Positions 46,821-55,360 of a DNA stretch of 64,000 bases are shown here, one piece after another. This stretch comes from Candidatus Omnitrophota bacterium (lineage in GTDB: Bacteria; Omnitrophota; Gorgyraeia; Zapsychrales; JANLHA01). How positions within the stretch are numbered: position 1 is the stretch's first letter; each line of letters begins with the position of its first letter. The stretch is taken from contig OY759724.1 in the NCBI GenBank assembly GCA_963662715.1, positions 1,562,662-1,626,661 on the forward strand, written 5' to 3'. The translations under genes and the position numbers were made by a program. Below the pieces are notes generated by a model. It was not told where the DNA came from. It worked only from the letters and a program-made list of their open reading frames with translations, and did not search any database.

Positions 46821-47168
46821 AAAATTTTTGTTTATTTGTTTTTTTGGGAATCTGAGTTCTTCTGTCGGTTTTGTATGCTTAACCTGCTTAGTTGCAAATA
46901 TTTTCCTTCCTGTTATAATATTCCATCTTTAAATTTTGTATCAATATTCAGAGCCGGGACAGAAGCCGATAAAAAAGTTGGCCTCACACGGACGGGAAAT
47001 AAAATCTTTTGTTCTCTGCCGGGCGCTTGGTTATGAAAAACGCTCATGATGAGGTCGTGCACTCTGTCGGAAAGCCGCGCACGCCGGGGGCCGAAAAAAT
47101 AAAGCAGCCTCTCCGGCCGCCGCTCGGCAGCGTAAAGGCTTGGAGCTCGATTACCCTAAGGAGCAGGT

Positions 47169-48077
47169 ATGAGTCTTTTGGTTTTAGGAACAGTGGCATT
47201 AGATAATATTAAAACGCCCTCGGGATTCAAAAAAGATCTCTTGGGCGGCTCCGCAGCCCATTTTTCTATGAGCGCGCGCCTTTTTACCGATGTCCACCTT
47301 GTTGCTGTTATCGGGAAGGACTTTCCCAAAAAGCATGCGCAGTTTCTGAAGCGTAAAGGCGTCAACTTGACGTCCCTGCAGGTGGGTGAAGGAAAAAGTT
47401 TTCGCTGGGAAGGAGAATATAAGAAAGAAGATTTGAATTCCGCGTTGACGCTGGCTACGGAGTTAGGGGTTCTTGTCGGCTTCCGTCCCCAGGTGGCGCA
47501 GGAACAGAGGGGCATCCCGCATGTTTTTCTGGCCAACATTGATCCGGATATTCAGATGGAATTATTAGAGGGGATGAAGAATCCCCGGCTTGTTGGTCTG
47601 GACAGCATGAATTTATGGATTACCCATAAGTTGAAATCCCTGAAAGCTTTGATGCGGCAGGTCGACCTGTTTGTGGCGAATGATGGAGAAGCCCGGGCCA
47701 TCAGCGGGGAGGATAACCTGATACGGGCGGCGCGCGCACTGCGCCAGTTAGGCCCTAGACTCATTGTTATCAAAAAAGGCGAGCATGGCGTTTTATTTTA
47801 TTGCGACAAGTTCATGTTTTCTTTTCCTGCTTACCCGGTCGATCAGGTCATTGACCCTACAGGAGCGGGCGACACCTTTGCCGGCGGTTTAATGGGGTAT
47901 CTTTCCCAGGCGGGGAAAATTAATGAAAAGACTCTGAAGAAGGCGGTCATTTATGCCACGACTTTGGCGTCTTTTAATGTCGAAGGATTCGGAATGTCCC
48001 GGACAGCCCCTTTAACGATGACTGAGGTTCACCGCCGGATGAAGACGCTTATGCGGTTTATGCATCCGGGGGAATAA
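47169..48077 (+). CDS. PfkB-family carbohydrate/nucleoside kinase
   Basis: 'DPTGAGDTFAGGLMGYL' is the PfkB signature 2. N-terminal 'LGGSAAH' matches the GG motif. Confidence 0.8.
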   Translation: MSLLVLGTVALDNIKTPSGFKKDLLGGSAAHFSMSARLFTDVHLVAVIGKDFPKKHAQFLKRKGVNLTSLQVGEGKSFRWEGEYKKEDLNSALTLATELGVLVGFRPQVAQEQRGIPHVFLANIDPDIQMELLEGMKNPRLVGLDSMNLWITHKLKSLKALMRQVDLFVANDGEARAISGEDNLIRAARALRQLGPRLIVIKKGEHGVLFYCDKFMFSFPAYPVDQVIDPTGAGDTFAGGLMGYLSQAGKINEKTLKKAVIYATTLASFNVEGFGMSRTAPLTMTEVHRRMKTLMRFMHPGE

Positions 48078-48097
48078 GGAAACGGACAGGTTAGAAG

Positions 48098-48367
48098 ATG
48101 GTGTTGGATTGGATCGACAGAATAGGGTTGCTGGCCTCGATTATTCTTCCTTTATGGAATATCCCCCTTATCGTGAAGATCATCCGCCGGAAGTCCTCCC
48201 GGGACATCAGCTTGGCCTGGGCTTTAGGGGTCTGGTTCTGTATCATCTTAATGGCGCCGTCCGGATTTCGGTCGGCGGACATTGTCTGGCGGACCTTTAA
48301 TATCATTAACTTAATTTTTTTTAGCGGAGTCGTTTTTGTAACATTGAAATTCAGAAATGGAACATGA
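48098..48367 (+). CDS. small hypothetical membrane protein
   Basis: 89 aa with three hydrophobic segments. Fills the gap between the PfkB gene and era. Confidence 0.3.
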   Translation: MVLDWIDRIGLLASIILPLWNIPLIVKIIRRKSSRDISLAWALGVWFCIILMAPSGFRSADIVWRTFNIINLIFFSGVVFVTLKFRNGT

Positions 48368-49328
48368 TACCCCCGAAAAACCTTATGAATCTGATCCCGG
48401 CGTTTTCCCGGAGGCCGGCCCGGATTATCGTTGCGGCACTGTCTCGATCGTCGGGCGTCCGAATGTGGGAAAATCAACGCTGTTGAACCGCATCGTTGGG
48501 GAAAAGATCGCCATTGTCTCTCACGTCCCGCAGACCACCCGGAATCAGGTCCGCGGGATATACACCGAGGAACGGGGGCAGATCATTTTTGTTGATACCC
48601 CGGGACTGCACAAGAACAGCGATAAGCTGGACCGCTTTATGAACAAAGCTGCTTTGGGGACAACCGCGGATACGGATTGTATTATTCATCTTGTCGACTG
48701 TCAGGACCCTGTTGGGGCGGAAGAAGAGGTGATCGTGCAGAAACTGGCCCCTTTAGCCGTTCCGGTCATCCTGGGGCTCAATAAGGTCGATATCACAGAT
48801 AAATATATCCCGGATTATATCTCTCTCTGGGAGAAAGGCCGCGGAAGACCGGTGACCGAGATGGACTGTTTTGTCCTGATTCCTTTATCCGGACAGGACG
48901 GAATACATTGTGATAAACTGCTGGATATCCTGTTTGATATTCTGCCGCCGGGTCCGCCTTTATATCCGGAAGATATTGTCTGCGACGTGCCCCAGCGCAT
49001 GGCGATCGCAGACATTATCAGAGAGAAATTTTTTCAGATTATGCGCCATGAAGTTCCGCATGCTTTGGCTGTCCTGATTGAAGATATGCAGACAGCCAAA
49101 AGGAAAGTGCTTCATATCCGGGCGCTGGTTTTGGTGGAAAGGGCTTCTCAGAAAAATATTGTTGTGGGCAAGAACGGGCATGTTCTCAAAGAAGTCGGGA
49201 CATTGGCCCGCAGTGAGCTGGAAGACCTTCTGGGCTGCAAGGTGTTCCTGGAGCTATTCGTTAAAAGCAAGCGGAACTGGCGGGAGGATAATTCTTTGTT
49301 GATCGAAATGGGGTATCACGACACTTAA
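48357..49328 (+). CDS. era: GTPase Era
   Basis: G1 'GRPNVGKST', G3 'DTPG', G4 'NKVD'. C-terminal KH domain ('VLVERASQKNIVVGKNGHVLKEVG'). Confidence 0.85.
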   Translation: MEHDTPEKPYESDPGVFPEAGPDYRCGTVSIVGRPNVGKSTLLNRIVGEKIAIVSHVPQTTRNQVRGIYTEERGQIIFVDTPGLHKNSDKLDRFMNKAALGTTADTDCIIHLVDCQDPVGAEEEVIVQKLAPLAVPVILGLNKVDITDKYIPDYISLWEKGRGRPVTEMDCFVLIPLSGQDGIHCDKLLDILFDILPPGPPLYPEDIVCDVPQRMAIADIIREKFFQIMRHEVPHALAVLIEDMQTAKRKVLHIRALVLVERASQKNIVVGKNGHVLKEVGTLARSELEDLLGCKVFLELFVKSKRNWREDNSLLIEMGYHDT

Positions 49329-49490
49329 AACAGACGTGCTGTCCCGGGGTCTGATTTCTCTTCTTCTTTTTCGGAGACGGGCTTGTTTCTAGACGGATAA
49401 TTGCTGATTTTTCTTTTAATTTATCTGTCTTTAGCTTATACTATTTTTAATCTGCAAAAATTTTCAGGCGGCATATTTTATTTTCGGAAC

Positions 49491-50177
49491 ATGAAAAGGC
49501 TTCATCAGAATCAGCGGGCCGTGACGGTTGCAGCCATACAAAAGCTTGACACAATGGCTATTGGAAAATACCATGTCCCGTCTATTGTCTTGATGGAGAA
49601 TGCCGGGAAGGCCGTTGCTGTCGAAGCGGTGCGATTGCTGAAGAAAATTCCCCGGCCGCACTGCACCGTTGTCTGCGGTTTAGGGAATAACGCCGGGGAC
49701 GGTTTGGTGGCCGCCCGGCATCTGTTCAATGCCGGCGTGCAGGTTAATGTTTTTCTGGCCGGCTCACCGGAAAAGCTTAAGAACGATGCGGCGGCCAATT
49801 ATCGGATATTGGTCAACTGTGGATACCGCATAAAACCCGTTCAGAAAATAACAGCGGCTTTTAAGAATGAACTTAAACGCACAGATTTGATCGTCGATGC
49901 CATTTTCGGGGTGGGGTTGAACAGAACTGTTGATAACCCTTTCGCTTGTGTTATCGAAGCGTTGAACGGCTCCGGCCAGAAGATATTGTCGGTAGATATC
50001 CCTTCCGGGCTGGATGGAACAGACGGTTTTATTTATGGAACATGTGTTAAAGCTTATAAAACAATAACTTTCAGCTGTCTTAAAAAAGGCCTTGTGAAGA
50101 AAGACGGCCCTAAATATGCCGGGTGGATTGAGGTCGCGGATATCGGTATCCCGCGAAGGCTGTTCTCGAAAATATGA
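49491..50177 (+). CDS. NAD(P)H-hydrate epimerase (YjeF N-terminal domain)
   Basis: Start chosen at MKRLHQNQ. 'VVCGLGNNAGDGLVAARHL' is the YjeF-N signature. Confidence 0.65.
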   Translation: MKRLHQNQRAVTVAAIQKLDTMAIGKYHVPSIVLMENAGKAVAVEAVRLLKKIPRPHCTVVCGLGNNAGDGLVAARHLFNAGVQVNVFLAGSPEKLKNDAAANYRILVNCGYRIKPVQKITAAFKNELKRTDLIVDAIFGVGLNRTVDNPFACVIEALNGSGQKILSVDIPSGLDGTDGFIYGTCVKAYKTITFSCLKKGLVKKDGPKYAGWIEVADIGIPRRLFSKI

Positions 50178-50180
50178 GTC

Positions 50181-50843
50181 ATGGCGGTTACGAATAAAAA
50201 TATCCATCGCGTTATTGATTTGATTCGAAAAGCCCTGAAAGATCATCCCGACCCATCCGTCACTTTGGTCGGGAAAAAATGGCAGGACCCTTTTTTGGTT
50301 CTCATCTCCTGTCTGCTGAGCTTGCGGACCAAGGATGAAACCACCCTGCCGGCGGCCGAACGCCTGTTTCGCCTGGCGCGTACCCCGGAAGAGTTGAGCC
50401 GGCTGGATATTAAGACGATTGAGAAAAATATTTATCCGGTGGGTTTTTACCGGACAAAAGCCCGGACGGTTCAAAGAATAAGCCGGGATATCCTAGGAAA
50501 GCATGGCGGTATCGTTCCGGACAGTTTGGATGAGTTGTTGGCTTTGAAGGGGGTCGGACGGAAGACGGCCAACCTCGTGTTAACGGAAGGGTTCCAGATT
50601 CCGGCCATGTGCGTCGATACGCATGTGCACAGGATTTCTAACCGTTTCGGTTATGTCTGTACGGACAACCCGCATCAGACGGAATGGGCCTTACGAAAGA
50701 AGTTGCCAAAAAAGTATTGGAAGGATTATAATGCTCTGCTTGTCACCTGGGGGCAGAATATTTGTAAACCGGTATCGCCGTATTGTTCAATGTGCCCGAT
50801 TGCCAAATTTTGTGACCGGCACGGCGTTCATAAAAGCCGTTAA
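50181..50843 (+). CDS. nth: endonuclease III (DNA glycosylase/AP lyase)
   Basis: HhH-GPD 'LLALKGVGRKTANLVL'. Catalytic Lys/Asp region. [4Fe-4S] cluster 'CKPVSPYCSMCPIAKFC'. Confidence 0.85.
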   Translation: MAVTNKNIHRVIDLIRKALKDHPDPSVTLVGKKWQDPFLVLISCLLSLRTKDETTLPAAERLFRLARTPEELSRLDIKTIEKNIYPVGFYRTKARTVQRISRDILGKHGGIVPDSLDELLALKGVGRKTANLVLTEGFQIPAMCVDTHVHRISNRFGYVCTDNPHQTEWALRKKLPKKYWKDYNALLVTWGQNICKPVSPYCSMCPIAKFCDRHGVHKSR

Positions 50844-50846
50844 GGA

Positions 50847-52208
50847 ATGATTATCATGGAGAAAACACACGGTTCCCTCATATCTCCGCAGATTCAGGAA
50901 ATATTGAAACAGCCTGATAGAGAGCCCAAGTTGCGGCAATTTTTTGCGGACATGCATCCTTATGATATTTTTGTCCTTTGTGAAGACTTGACGAACTATG
51001 AAACGGCAGAATGCATCAAGGCTTTGGGCCTGCCTAACGGCATCGAAGTTTTTGAATATTTCGAAGACGACCAGAAAAAAGAGATTTTTGAATGTTTTTC
51101 TTTGGCCTGGATGGCGGATATTTTAGAAGAGATGGCCCCTGATGAGCGGGCGGATTTTGTGAAGTATCTTCCCGAGGCCAAGCGGGAAGAGATCCTTCCC
51201 CTGGTGGCCCGGGCGGAGCGGCTTGATATTAAGAAGCTGATCGAGTATACCGAAGGCACAGCCGGGTCCATCCTGACGACGGATTATGCGTCGCTCCCCC
51301 CGGATATCACGGTGCGGGAGGCGATTGAAAAGATTAAGCTCCAGGCTTTTGACCGCGAGACGATTTACTATATTTATGTGATTGATGCCGAAAGGAAATT
51401 GCTGGGTTTTGTTACGCTCAAAGATGTGATTGTCGCGCCGTCACATAAAAAGATCGCCGACATCATGCATAAACATGTGATCAGCGCCAACGTCAATGAA
51501 GACAAAGAGGAGGTTGCGAAAAAATTAAACGATTATGACTTTTTGGCCATTCCCATTGTGAATGATAGCGGTCAACTCAACGGCATCGTCACGGTTGATG
51601 ACGTCGTTGATGTTGTCATCGAGGAAACCACAGAAGATATCTATAAATACGGCGCCGCCGGGGAATATATCGACTACATGAAAGCGGATTCTTTTCATGT
51701 GGCCCAGCAGAGGGCCTTATGGCTGCTGCTGCTTATTTTTGTGGGATTTATTTCGGCCTGGGTTTTGGAAAAGAATTCTTCTTTGATAGAAACGATCGTT
51801 GCTTTAAGTTTTTTTACCCCGTTGCTTCTGGGGGCCGGGGGGAACGCCGGGACACAATCTTCCACCGTTGTTATCCGGGGGCTGGCCACGGGTAATATCA
51901 ATATTGAAGATTTGTTCGCCGTTATGAAGAAAGAGCTGTTCGTCGGCATTATCGTCGGGACTTTTATGGCGGTTCTTGTTTCTCTGCGGGCCTGGCTGCT
52001 TTTAAACGGGGATATGCGCCTGGGCATAACCGTAGGACTTGCCATGGTGGCCAATGTTTCTTTGGCGACAACGCTGGGGGCCGTTCTGCCGATGCTGTTT
52101 AAAAAGTTGAACCTGGACCCCGCGCTTATGTCAGGCCCTTTCATTACGAGCATCGTTGATATTTTTTCTCTGCTTATTTATTTTAAAATTGCCACATGGG
52201 TTTTCTAG
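50847..52208 (+). CDS. mgtE: magnesium transporter MgtE
   Basis: MgtE N-domain, tandem CBS domains, and a C-terminal 5-TM channel with 'GAGGNAGTQSSTVVIRGLATG'. Confidence 0.85.
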   Translation: MIIMEKTHGSLISPQIQEILKQPDREPKLRQFFADMHPYDIFVLCEDLTNYETAECIKALGLPNGIEVFEYFEDDQKKEIFECFSLAWMADILEEMAPDERADFVKYLPEAKREEILPLVARAERLDIKKLIEYTEGTAGSILTTDYASLPPDITVREAIEKIKLQAFDRETIYYIYVIDAERKLLGFVTLKDVIVAPSHKKIADIMHKHVISANVNEDKEEVAKKLNDYDFLAIPIVNDSGQLNGIVTVDDVVDVVIEETTEDIYKYGAAGEYIDYMKADSFHVAQQRALWLLLLIFVGFISAWVLEKNSSLIETIVALSFFTPLLLGAGGNAGTQSSTVVIRGLATGNINIEDLFAVMKKELFVGIIVGTFMAVLVSLRAWLLLNGDMRLGITVGLAMVANVSLATTLGAVLPMLFKKLNLDPALMSGPFITSIVDIFSLLIYFKIATWVF

Positions 52209-52480
52209 GATAACCCGGCAGAAGGCGCAGGGGGTGTCCGCCTGAAAGGAAAAATGTGCCCAGAATCCTTGACAGGCTTTCGAGGCTATGGTAAGACCTA
52301 ATTAGTTGAGCCCGGTGAAACACCGGGAAGAAGGTTCAGGGAATGTAATAAAATCGTTATGGATTTATCTTGAGAATATATGAAGGAAAAATCAAACATT
52401 ATCGTTTGGGCTTTTTATTAGGGATTTTCCCCGGGGGATGAATCTGTTGAATGTCAGGTATCAATGAATGTTATAGAAAG

Positions 52481-52507
52481 GAACCTTAAAAACAAAGGTT
52501 CTTTTTT
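52481..52507 (+). terminator. terminator/attenuator-like hairpin (GAACCTT-loop-AAGGTTC followed by T6), 30 nt upstream of the ATP-grasp gene
   Basis: 7-bp stem at 52481-52487 and 52495-52501, 7-nt loop, TTTTTT at 52502-52507. Confidence 0.5.
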
Positions 52508-52536
52508 GTTTAAGGAAGGAAAGAATTTTACGCCGG

Positions 52537-53565
52537 ATGAAAATAGGTTTTACATATGATTTGAGATCAGACTGGATCTCGGCAGAACGAGATCCTTCTG
52601 ATGCCAACGCAGAATTTGATAAGCCGGAGACCATTGAAACGATTAGTCAGGCTCTCGCGTCCTGGGGGCATGAAGTCTGCCATATCGGGAACCTGGCGGG
52701 TCTCTTAGATCAACTGGATACGTTGGATGTGGACATCGTTTTTAATATTTGCGAAGGGCTGAGCGGGCGTAACCGGGAGTCTCAGGTCCCGGTTCTTCTT
52801 GAGGCAAGGAACATCCCTTATATAGGTTCCGACGGTTTGACGATGGCCTTGACGTTAGACAAGATAATGGCCAAAAAATGTTTTAGAGCCGATGGCATCC
52901 CCACGCCGCGTTTTTTTGTCGCCCGGGATTCTTCTTCCCTGAAATCCCGATGCCCCTTGGATTTTCCTTTGATCGTTAAGGCCTCTGCCGAAGGGACGTC
53001 TAAAGGCTTAACAGAAGCCTCCCGTGTGGAGGATATGCCGGCTTTAATACGGCAGGTTGATCATATAACCCGGACCTACCGGCAGCCGGCACTGATTGAG
53101 GAATTTATTGCGGGTCAGGAATTCACGGTGGCTGTGATCGGGAATGATCCCCCGCAGGCCATGCCGGTCGTGCAGATCAGTATTGATCAGCGGGAAGATC
53201 TGGGAGATAGATTTTTCACCTATGAAATGGTCGTTAATGAAGATATCGTGACATATGTTTGTCCTGCCCGTATTTCAACCGAACTGAAACAGACCCTTCA
53301 GGAATGGGCCGTGCGGACCTATACCTCGGTCGGGTGTTTGGATTTCGGCCGCGTCGATTTTCGGGTGGATCGGGAAGGACAGCCTTATGTGCTGGAAATT
53401 AATCCCCTGCCGGCGTTGGGGAAGAATGATATTTTTAACATTTTCCCGTTTACCATGGGGCTCACATATCAGGATATTATACAATGTATTCTTGAACATG
53501 GTCTTAAACGTTACGGCATGATCGATCAGCTGGCGGATAAGTTTCAGGCTGCTTTAATTCCCTGA
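52537..53565 (+). CDS. ATP-grasp ligase of the D-alanine--D-alanine ligase family
   Basis: 'MKIGFTYDLR' N-terminus, 'NICEGLSGRNRESQVP', 'FPLIVKASAEGTSKGL', 'EEFIAGQEFTVAVIG', 'YVLEINPLPALG' are Ddl-family ATP-grasp blocks. Confidence 0.7.
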   Translation: MKIGFTYDLRSDWISAERDPSDANAEFDKPETIETISQALASWGHEVCHIGNLAGLLDQLDTLDVDIVFNICEGLSGRNRESQVPVLLEARNIPYIGSDGLTMALTLDKIMAKKCFRADGIPTPRFFVARDSSSLKSRCPLDFPLIVKASAEGTSKGLTEASRVEDMPALIRQVDHITRTYRQPALIEEFIAGQEFTVAVIGNDPPQAMPVVQISIDQREDLGDRFFTYEMVVNEDIVTYVCPARISTELKQTLQEWAVRTYTSVGCLDFGRVDFRVDREGQPYVLEINPLPALGKNDIFNIFPFTMGLTYQDIIQCILEHGLKRYGMIDQLADKFQAALIP

Positions 53566-53651
53566 TGTCCCCGAAAGCGTGTGTCCTGCCTTTGAAAGAC
53601 AGGGGGAGAGGGGAATCCCTTGTGGATCACGGATAGTAAATCAGAAAAATT

Positions 53652-54839
53652 ATGACGACAAGCCCGGTTATCAAAAATATCAGCGAAAAGAAATTCTCCC
53701 CTTCTCAGGGAGAAGACTCTTCCTATGAATATGAATTATGGATTAAAGAAGCTTTCCCGGAGATCACGGAGCAGGAATGGGAAGACTGGGGCTGGCAAAT
53801 GCAGCATCGTTTTCGGACCCGGGAGGCCTTGTCGGAATTCATTCCTTTAACCCAGGAAGAAAAAGACGGTATAGAGCATTGCGGGCAGAAGCTCACAATG
53901 GCGATACCTCCGTATTTTGCCAGTTTGATAGACCCTCAGGATCCGCAGTGTCCGATACGCCGCCAGTGTGTCCCGACGAGCCGGGAGCTTGTCACGGCCC
54001 CGGAGGAAATGAGGGATCCCTGCGGGGAGGAGAAACATTCTCCCGCAAGAGGGCTGGTGCACCGCTATCCTGACCGGGTCTTGTTCCTCGTGAGCGATCA
54101 TTGCCCGATGTACTGCCGCCACTGTACCCGTTCCCGTATTTTAGGAGAAACAAAACAGCTCTTCAACTCTTCGACCTATGAAGAAGCTCTGCATTATATC
54201 CGGGAACATGAAGAGGTGCGTGACGTTCTGATTTCCGGGGGCGATCCTTTGTTGCTCAGCGACCACCTGCTGGAATACCTGCTCCAGAGTCTCAGGGCGA
54301 TTCCTCATGTCGAGTTTTTAAGGGTTGGGACCAGGGTCCCCGTGACCTTGCCTCAGAGAATCACGCCGGCTTTTGTCGATATGTTGAAGAAATATCACCC
54401 GCTGTGGCTGAGTATTCATTGCAATCATCCCAAAGAAATAACTCCCCGGGTGAAAGAGGCCTGTTGTTTGCTGGCGGACAGCGGCATCCCGGTCGGAAGT
54501 CAAACCGTGCTTTTAAAAGGCATCAATGATGATGCGGGCATTATCAAGTCATTAATGCATGAACTTCTTAAAATCCGGGTACGGCCTTATTATATTTACC
54601 AATGCGATCCCATAACCGGCTCCCGGCACTTTCGCGCTTCCATTGAAACAGGACTGCGTATTATGAATCAATTGCGCGGATACACGAGCGGGTATGCTGT
54701 CCCGACTTATGTCCTTGACGCCCCGGGCGGAGGAGGAAAGATACCTTTAAATCCGGATTATATATTGAAAAAAGAGAACGGAAAATATATTTTCAGAAAT
54801 TACGCCGGAGAAATTTATTTTTACCAGGATAACCCCTGA
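53652..54839 (+). CDS. KamA-family radical-SAM aminomutase (lysine-2,3-aminomutase-like)
   Basis: 'DHCPMYCRHCTRS' is the CxxxCxxC motif. Conserved KamA N-terminal region ('QMQHRFRT...LTQEEK') and C-terminal 'PYYIYQCDPITGSRHFR'. Confidence 0.8.
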   Translation: MTTSPVIKNISEKKFSPSQGEDSSYEYELWIKEAFPEITEQEWEDWGWQMQHRFRTREALSEFIPLTQEEKDGIEHCGQKLTMAIPPYFASLIDPQDPQCPIRRQCVPTSRELVTAPEEMRDPCGEEKHSPARGLVHRYPDRVLFLVSDHCPMYCRHCTRSRILGETKQLFNSSTYEEALHYIREHEEVRDVLISGGDPLLLSDHLLEYLLQSLRAIPHVEFLRVGTRVPVTLPQRITPAFVDMLKKYHPLWLSIHCNHPKEITPRVKEACCLLADSGIPVGSQTVLLKGINDDAGIIKSLMHELLKIRVRPYYIYQCDPITGSRHFRASIETGLRIMNQLRGYTSGYAVPTYVLDAPGGGGKIPLNPDYILKKENGKYIFRNYAGEIYFYQDNP

Positions 54840-54888
54840 TGTGTCCCCCCGCAGCCTAATCTTTTGTCCCGGGCCAGAGAAGTTCCGC

Positions 54889-54916
54889 TTTACAAATTTG
54901 GAATGTGTAATATAAT
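54889..54916 (+). promoter_or_regulatory. sigma70-like promoter for rpsU (TTTACA-16 nt-TATAAT)
   Basis: -35 TTTACA at 54889-54894, 16-nt spacer, -10 TATAAT at 54911-54916. GAAGGTGG ribosome-binding site precedes the rpsU ATG. Confidence 0.45.
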
Positions 54917-54980
54917 ACTCCTACTTATAAATAAGAACGGACAATTTATAAAGAAAATTGGAAGGTGGTGAATACTTTTT

Positions 54981-55133
54981 ATGGTTGAAGTTAAAATCAA
55001 TGATAAGAATGGCTTCGAAAAAGCTATGCGGTTATTTAAAAAACAATGCCAGAAAGAAGGCTTTTTAGTTGAACTGAAAGAAAGACGTTATTATTCCAAA
55101 CCTTCGGAGAAAAAGAGACGCAAAAAAAGCTGA
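54981..55133 (+). CDS. rpsU: 30S ribosomal protein S21 (short, 50 aa)
   Basis: 'MVEVKINDKNGFEKAMRLFKKQCQKEGFLVELKERRYYSKPSEKKRRKK' matches the S21 consensus (MP.IKVREN..FE.ALRRFKR.CEK.G.L.E.RRR..YEKP...RKR). Not in the ORF track because it is under 60 aa. Confidence 0.75.
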   Translation: MVEVKINDKNGFEKAMRLFKKQCQKEGFLVELKERRYYSKPSEKKRRKKS

Positions 55134-55140
55134 TTTTTCA

Positions 55141-55172
55141 GGCCCGGCAGAACTGCCGGGCCATGATTTTTT
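55141..55172 (+). terminator. intrinsic terminator after rpsU
   Basis: Perfect 10-bp stem GGCCCGGCAG/CTGCCGGGCC at 55141-55162, followed by ATGATTTTTT. Confidence 0.6.
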
Positions 55173-55360
55173 CTGCCCCAAACAGGTTCCTGCTAAAGGG
55201 GTGTTCTTGTGACAGCGAAATAAATATTCCTTGATAGTCTTAATCCAGTCATAGGAATTTATCCCCTTGCATGTAAGCCTTTGATGACGTTAATGTGAAT
55301 CAGGAGTTATTGCTGCAGGTCCCTTCCTTAAGTGTTACATTCAATGAGCGGGAGAAAATT

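Noticed and set aside
52209-52536. Possibility that the mgtE-ATP-grasp intergenic region encodes SRP (4.5S) RNA or 6S RNA
   Set aside because: The SRP domain-IV consensus (GGAAGGAAGCAGC-like) and the symmetric helix are not present. Kept only as a candidate cis-regulatory leader.
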